From sequence record OK322699.1: DNA of 64,000 nucleotides. One strand, given 5' to 3'. The position numbers and the translations under genes are program-made. This stretch comes from Escherichia phage Sa157lw. Positions 58,721-64,000 of the stretch are shown piece after piece. The notes under the pieces were generated by a model, which was given only the letters and a program-made list of their open reading frames with translations, had not been told where the DNA came from and ran no database searches. Each line of letters opens with the position of its first letter. Positions within the stretch are counted from its first letter, which is position 1.

Positions 58721-61289
58721 AAAATTGGCGGGGTCTGAGGCTTTTCACCTCACCTGCTGGATTGGCCTCCAGCTGTTCTCTCTGGGGACTCGCTGTCCGG
58801 ACAGCTATCCCTTAAACTATCGCCCCTTAATTCATATTGCTGTGGGTAATACCAAAGCGGAGGTTTGGAATCTCTCGCCCTATAGCGACCTTTAAACCGT
58901 TTGATCAGTCCGATCCAAAGGACTACCCACAGCAATATGAATTTGTTGTGTCCAATCAAGGACTGTCAACCTTTTATCCCGTTTGTGCATGATCAGTTCA
59001 TGCAGGCCTCTTTGTGCGCCTCACAGCAACGCGCTTCTGTAGGTCATTGACTTGCACCGTAGTCTCACCACAGGCGTTTATTTTTCCAGGGCTTTCCACT
59101 TACAAGTCTTAACCAGATCGGGATACGGGCTTGTAAGATCAGATTGGACACAACTTTGATGGCTCTAGGACTAAAGATCCCGCGTCACCCATAGACTTGG
59201 TTTATAAAATCTAGAGCCATCAAAGTTGCAACCAATGTCGCAACTCGCACTTCAGCGTCTTCGTCTCGCTTCAGCACTTGTCCTCTACGCTCGGACCAAA
59301 CGAGGCTGGCCGACAGAAACATGACACCACTCATCACTAGAGCGAGGATGTGGTTGATAGCCACGATGTTACATCTCTGTCGCAGAGTGATCACACTTGT
59401 CAGGATGATCACTGTTTTGCGAACTTGAAAATACTGCGCCTGTCTCGGGTTTCCCCTTAGTTCGGCCTCTCATTGTTCGTCTAGTCAGGGAGCTACCCTT
59501 GATGACCAGCTTATTTTGAGATCTTCGCCAGCACCCACTAGTGTCTAGAATATGTAGGTGTCGAGGTCTGCAAGGCATTGCCCTATTTCATACAACGCTC
59601 TCTCAAGTACGCAAATCGAAGTTCTCTGGGCTTAACAGGTTCGACCCAACATGTTGTATATCGCCTAACTTGCTCATGGGACGGACACATCTGTGTACAG
59701 ACCTTGAGGGTTAAAAGATATACCCAAAGAACTTCGATTTGCGTTGTGGGGGCAAACCCCCACACGGCTACTTCTTTGACAGGGATTGCTAGCCCTGGGG
59801 ATTCCACTGTTTAAGGCTTTATCCCATAACGCCTGAGGCGCGTTTTAACTTATTGAGCTTGCATAACTGCAAACTGATGCGCTGTGAGACACATCTTTGA
59901 GGGCACTCAGTGTACAACAGGCTCCGATATTTCATAGGGCATTACTGCCTCGGATTTAAGTTGCCTTTCTCCTGAAACTCCATGCAGTCTCGCGTCTGAC
60001 GCGGAATGCCCTCAAAGATGTGGAGCCGTTTTAGGGAGTCGAACCCAAATGCTTGGCCAGCGCTGACCTTACATCCCATCTGACTTAGGCAACCCACCTC
60101 TGCTTACTCAGGAGCTTATCCCCTTTGGACAGTCAGATATAACGGCTTTGGGATTGGAGGAAGGACTCGAACCTTCTCATGTACGCTCCTGATTTCTCAG
60201 AAGTAGCCTGCTCCCATCGACCTATTAAGTACACGCTCCGCTCATTGTTCGGCGGGAGCTTATTAATCACACCCTCCCGCCTATTGTTAGTGCGCCGAAT
60301 TTTGTTATGAGGAATCGGAAGACCTCACTGGTGTATGGCTATTAAGCTACTGCCAGGAACGTGTTATCATTAGCGATTATTTTTGTGGTCAGTTTCTAAA
60401 AACCCGCAAAGTCACGCACAACGAAAACGAAAACCTGTTTGAGTCCTAAACCTACCTGTCTTGGTCTCACATCGCTATGAGTGGCCAGGACTCAAACAGC
60501 TTGCCGTTCAGTGAGTTAACTATACTTTGTAACCCGTTATTGATAAAACCTTTTATTTTTGTTGACGAGGGTGTGGAATCGAACCACACTTCTGAGCGCT
60601 GCCCCGTGTCACCAATGCACCACCTCACCATCGATTTGCCGGAACTTACGCATCCGGCCTCGCCTGTTGGTGATCCTTCGAATCCGGGAAGATTAGTAGG
60701 AACTATGAATCAAGTTAATTCGACCAACAGGAATCCTCGTGTTGCCCTTTGACGCAACATTATGAACCCTCTATGAAGACTCATAATGTTGTCGGCGTGA
60801 TGGAGATTAGCGCCCCCGACCTCCCCTTATATGTTGGTGTCGACTTGCCAACGGGGTGCTCTCATTCTTCTGAGCTAATCACGCTACAACAGGGAGTTTC
60901 GTTCTCCGACGGTCAAGTGCGTCCACTGACACCAGCGAGGTGGATGTGACGCCTCTATTCACACAAGCCCCAGAGACTAGGGGTTCACTGTTTTCGGTTT
61001 CAAGCCTACTCACACTGTGCTGTTTCCCTCATGTTTGATACTTTACTGCAAGCCAGCCAATTTGAAAAATCCTCTCCCCTTTGAATTACACTGCCCACAG
61101 CAGTGCGGACGAACCTTCATTCAAAACCGGATGCGCCGAAATGGGCGACTGTGTACCGGACTGATCAGGTCGACCCAGGAGAGAGCAGGTAATCCCGATC
61201 AGGAGGATGAGGAGTAACATCATGTAAAACATAGTGTTCCCTCCCTTCCATGCAACTAACTTTACCGCATTTATTTATTGAATAAAGCG

Positions 61290-61859
61290 TTATTTTATCA
61301 ATTCTAACTTCACAACGCGGCGCAGAAGATAAACATATTCACCAGACGCTTCATGCGACATATAATGTGTAGAAGGGGTGGAATGGTTGTTCTGGGTTTC
61401 TTTTAACCCAACGCGTTCAGCCCAACCATTAATGGAGTTCCCGTAAAACCCGATAATCGCGCCGAAATAAATGCGCTGGCTTTCTGGTTCTAAAATATAG
61501 TTGACAGTGAAGCAGATGTCAGAACGAATAGATTCTAATTTTATACCAACCCGACCTTCAGAGAATTCGTTGCGAACATACAAATGACGAAAACGATCGC
61601 GCCGCGCTTGTGATGACTCTTCCAATTCTTGGCGAAGTGAGGATGTTGCATCGATATTAAATGAAAATGTCGGGTTTTGTAGATCGGTACGGGCTAACTC
61701 TAATGCTGATTCAACAACACGGCGGTAATTAATATTTTTGCCAGTCAGACGTTTCACTTCTTCTGTAATTGTTCCGAAAGGAATTTTTGTAGCACGTTCC
61801 CCTTCGTATTTTGCTAACAAAGGAATGATGTGTTTCATTATTGCTGTATTAATGTGCAT
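61290..61859 (-). CDS. hypothetical protein
   Basis: 189-aa ORF. Confidence 0.4.
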   Translation of the reverse strand: MHINTAIMKHIIPLLAKYEGERATKIPFGTITEEVKRLTGKNINYRRVVESALELARTDLQNPTFSFNIDATSSLRQELEESSQARRDRFRHLYVRNEFSEGRVGIKLESIRSDICFTVNYILEPESQRIYFGAIIGFYGNSINGWAERVGLKETQNNHSTPSTHYMSHEASGEYVYLLRRVVKLELIK

Positions 61860-62174
61860 TTCCTGAGCCTCGTCAAATTAATTAAATGTCCCCACTATTA
61901 TATTGGGAATATGTTTATTGAATATAACCCCAAGAAAGGCCAATAAAATAATGACAGCGATTATTAATAGGTAAAAACTACTTTTCTACAACATCAAGAA
62001 ACTGTATCTTAACGCGGTGCCCTTCGAGTTGTGAGTGTTAACGAACAACGAGAAGCAGCCTCCATGGCTGCGGAATGGGACTGCCTGTCAAGGCGGTGTT
62101 ACGAGCGAGGGCGTCAGCCCCCTCGCGAGTATATTCGAATAAATTAACGCGCGAGAGCGTTTTGATTCCCTTTG

Positions 62175-62183
62175 GCTAAATAT
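62175..62183 (+). promoter_or_regulatory. late-promoter-like GCTAAATAT motif
   Basis: About 40 nt upstream of ATG 62223. Confidence 0.3.
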
Positions 62184-62222
62184 CTTCAACACCATATTCA
62201 AACTCAGGTGATGGAGATTATC

Positions 62223-64000
62223 ATGGCCACGCAAACAGTTCCTTCACTCGACGTCAGAGCCTTTGAGTACATTATCAAACAGCGAATGAAAGCTGATCCC
62301 ACCTTTAAAGATTATGACTTTGAAGGTTCTGGTCTTAGTGCTATTATTCGTTTGTTGGCATCTGATGCGAACGCCATAGCCTTTATGCAGAACATGCTTA
62401 ATGGTGAAGGCCATTTAAAAACAGCAAATCAACGTTCTAATGTTGGTTTGTCTGCTGCTTTTCTTTCTTATACCCCCGACAACTATCGGGCGGCATACAT
62501 GTATGCCAACATCAAAGTAACGCCGTATGACGCCAGTACAGCTCCTAATGAGATCATTATGGACCGCCGTGTGATGTTCGTTGGGGCGAAGGATGGGAGT
62601 TCCTACAACTTTACTGTTGAAAAACCCGTGTCCGCCACGTTGACAACAGACGGTTATTACATGTTCAACAACGTGAAACTGATTCAGGGTAACTGGTTGT
62701 ACAAGACATATGATGTTGAAGGAAGCGCGATTTCGACTTATACGATACCTTCGGAAAATGTTGATATCAATCATCTGGTCGTACAGGTACAGGAATCAGA
62801 GTCCTCTGATGTTTCAACGACATACCAGAGATACAACAGTCCGTTCGACCTGAATCAATATGCATATCTCTATTTTGTGGAATTAGGGATAGATGGCCTG
62901 TATGTGTTTGAGTTCGGAGATGGTTATCTGTCTCGCCGAGTAGAAGATGGCAACGTTATTTTCCTCCAGTATTTAGAAACTTCTGGTGCTGAAGGTAATG
63001 ACATCACTAGTTTATCTTCCGCATCTTCGATAGGCGGGTTTAACCAGGTTGATATAGAATTGGTTTCCGAACGCAGTGCGGGTGGGGGAGATCCGGAATC
63101 TATTGAAGATACGAAGCGTCTGGCACCTTTGGCTTATCAGGCTGATGGCGCTGCCGTTACGGAAACCGATTACGGTGTTTTAACTGAACGCTTGTTTTCT
63201 AACGTTGCCCGTGCTAAATCATATGGGGGTGATACGCTTTCCCCTCCGGATTCTGGTTACGTTTATATCGCTGTGATACCATCTGTTGGGGAGACTCTTT
63301 CAGACGCAGAGAAGGCTGATATCGTTGCCGCGTTGGACAAATACAACGTTGGGTCCATCACCCCCAAAGTGGTAGATTCTGAGATCACATATATCCAAGT
63401 CACCACGACTATATTTTGGGATCCGACTTCGACAGTTTATGTTGAAGAACAGATGAAAGTCGTAGTTGGCAACAGTATTGTCAAATGGGGCGAAAACAAT
63501 CTCGGTGGATTTGATCAGTTGTTCGACAAAGAGATATTGCAGGAAGCAATTACGAAAATGGAACGTTCCATTAACTCAAATATCACGTCTGTCGGTTATA
63601 AACGTCATTTCAAACCCGATTATGGTGTGTTGGATAGCTTTACTTTCAGTTATGGGAGAAGCATTAAACCTGGTTCTGTGAAAATAACAGGGTTTAAACC
63701 GCTTCCGGCCGAAGTTGATTTCACATATTATATGCGCGATGACAATGGCGATTTGAACATGTATAAAGTGAACAACAACGACACCACTAAAGAATTTTTG
63801 GTTCAAAAGACTGGTGTTGTGGATTACGCCAACGGCGTCGTAGATCTTCAGCAGATTACGGTTTCAAACTATAATACTGAAGGAGTAACGATCGTTGTGC
63901 TACCAGATGGCCTGAATCAGAATATACAGGCTTCACAAAACCAGGTATTCAAAATCGGTGATGTGGTTGTTACGCCAGAGGTGCGCTATGTCCAAAGATC
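62223..64000 (+). CDS. baseplate wedge subunit, T4 gp6-like (N-terminal part; ORF runs past window end)
   Basis: Not in ORF track (no stop in window); DYDFEGSGLSA matches T4 gp6 DYDFEGSRLN and SAGGGDPESIEDTKRL matches GADGGGDPEDIERIREL; GGAG RBS. Confidence 0.7.
   Translation, partial: MATQTVPSLDVRAFEYIIKQRMKADPTFKDYDFEGSGLSAIIRLLASDANAIAFMQNMLNGEGHLKTANQRSNVGLSAAFLSYTPDNYRAAYMYANIKVTPYDASTAPNEIIMDRRVMFVGAKDGSSYNFTVEKPVSATLTTDGYYMFNNVKLIQGNWLYKTYDVEGSAISTYTIPSENVDINHLVVQVQESESSDVSTTYQRYNSPFDLNQYAYLYFVELGIDGLYVFEFGDGYLSRRVEDGNVIFLQYLETSGAEGNDITSLSSASSIGGFNQVDIELVSERSAGGGDPESIEDTKRLAPLAYQADGAAVTETDYGVLTERLFSNVARAKSYGGDTLSPPDSGYVYIAVIPSVGETLSDAEKADIVAALDKYNVGSITPKVVDSEITYIQVTTTIFWDPTSTVYVEEQMKVVVGNSIVKWGENNLGGFDQLFDKEILQEAITKMERSINSNITSVGYKRHFKPDYGVLDSFTFSYGRSIKPGSVKITGFKPLPAEVDFTYYMRDDNGDLNMYKVNNNDTTKEFLVQKTGVVDYANGVVDLQQITVSNYNTEGVTIVVLPDGLNQNIQASQNQVFKIGDVVVTPEVRYVQR

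Noticed and set aside
59625-59660. Plus-strand tRNA suggested by GGTTCGACCC
   Set aside because: No matching acceptor or anticodon stems could be built around it.
1-64000. CRISPR arrays, integrase or transposase genes
   Set aside because: No spaced direct-repeat arrays and no recombinase or transposase motifs recognised; only a homing endonuclease and short dispersed repeats.

Overview
This 64-kb window looks like a dense, two-strand segment of a large virulent T4-like myovirus genome (roughly 45% GC by eye), read from the sequence and the supplied ORF track only. Recognisable by collinear motif similarity to T4 proteins are UvsX, a gp41/DnaB-like helicase, DNA ligase, a gp59-like loader, family-B DNA polymerase, both topoisomerase II subunits, rIIA, rIIB, dCMP deaminase, a gp1-like dNMP kinase and the start of a gp6-like baseplate wedge protein. 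A minus-strand structural operon (tape-measure-like and baseplate-like proteins) and an Ig-domain Hoc-like protein are also present, plus an HNH-AP2 homing endonuclease beside the helicase gene. A 4-kb ORF-poor island (57.25-61.29 kb) carries three canonical minus-strand tRNAs (Ser-GCU, Asn-GUU, Met-CAU) and several non-canonical tRNA-like elements. The most interesting content is a dispersed set of candidate DNA-modification genes: a thymidylate-synthase-family enzyme with a uracil-type specificity residue, two orphan P-loop kinases, a 411-aa unknown protein, a HAD phosphatase, a possible PLP-type enzyme and a QueC-like PP-loop ATPase. Together these suggest thymine-directed hypermodification rather than the cytosine modification of T-even phages. 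A PARP-like ADP-ribosyltransferase gene split by a -1 frame change, and a separate macro-domain gene, are also notable. No CRISPR array, integrase or transposase was seen. All functional calls are motif-based inferences made without database searches.
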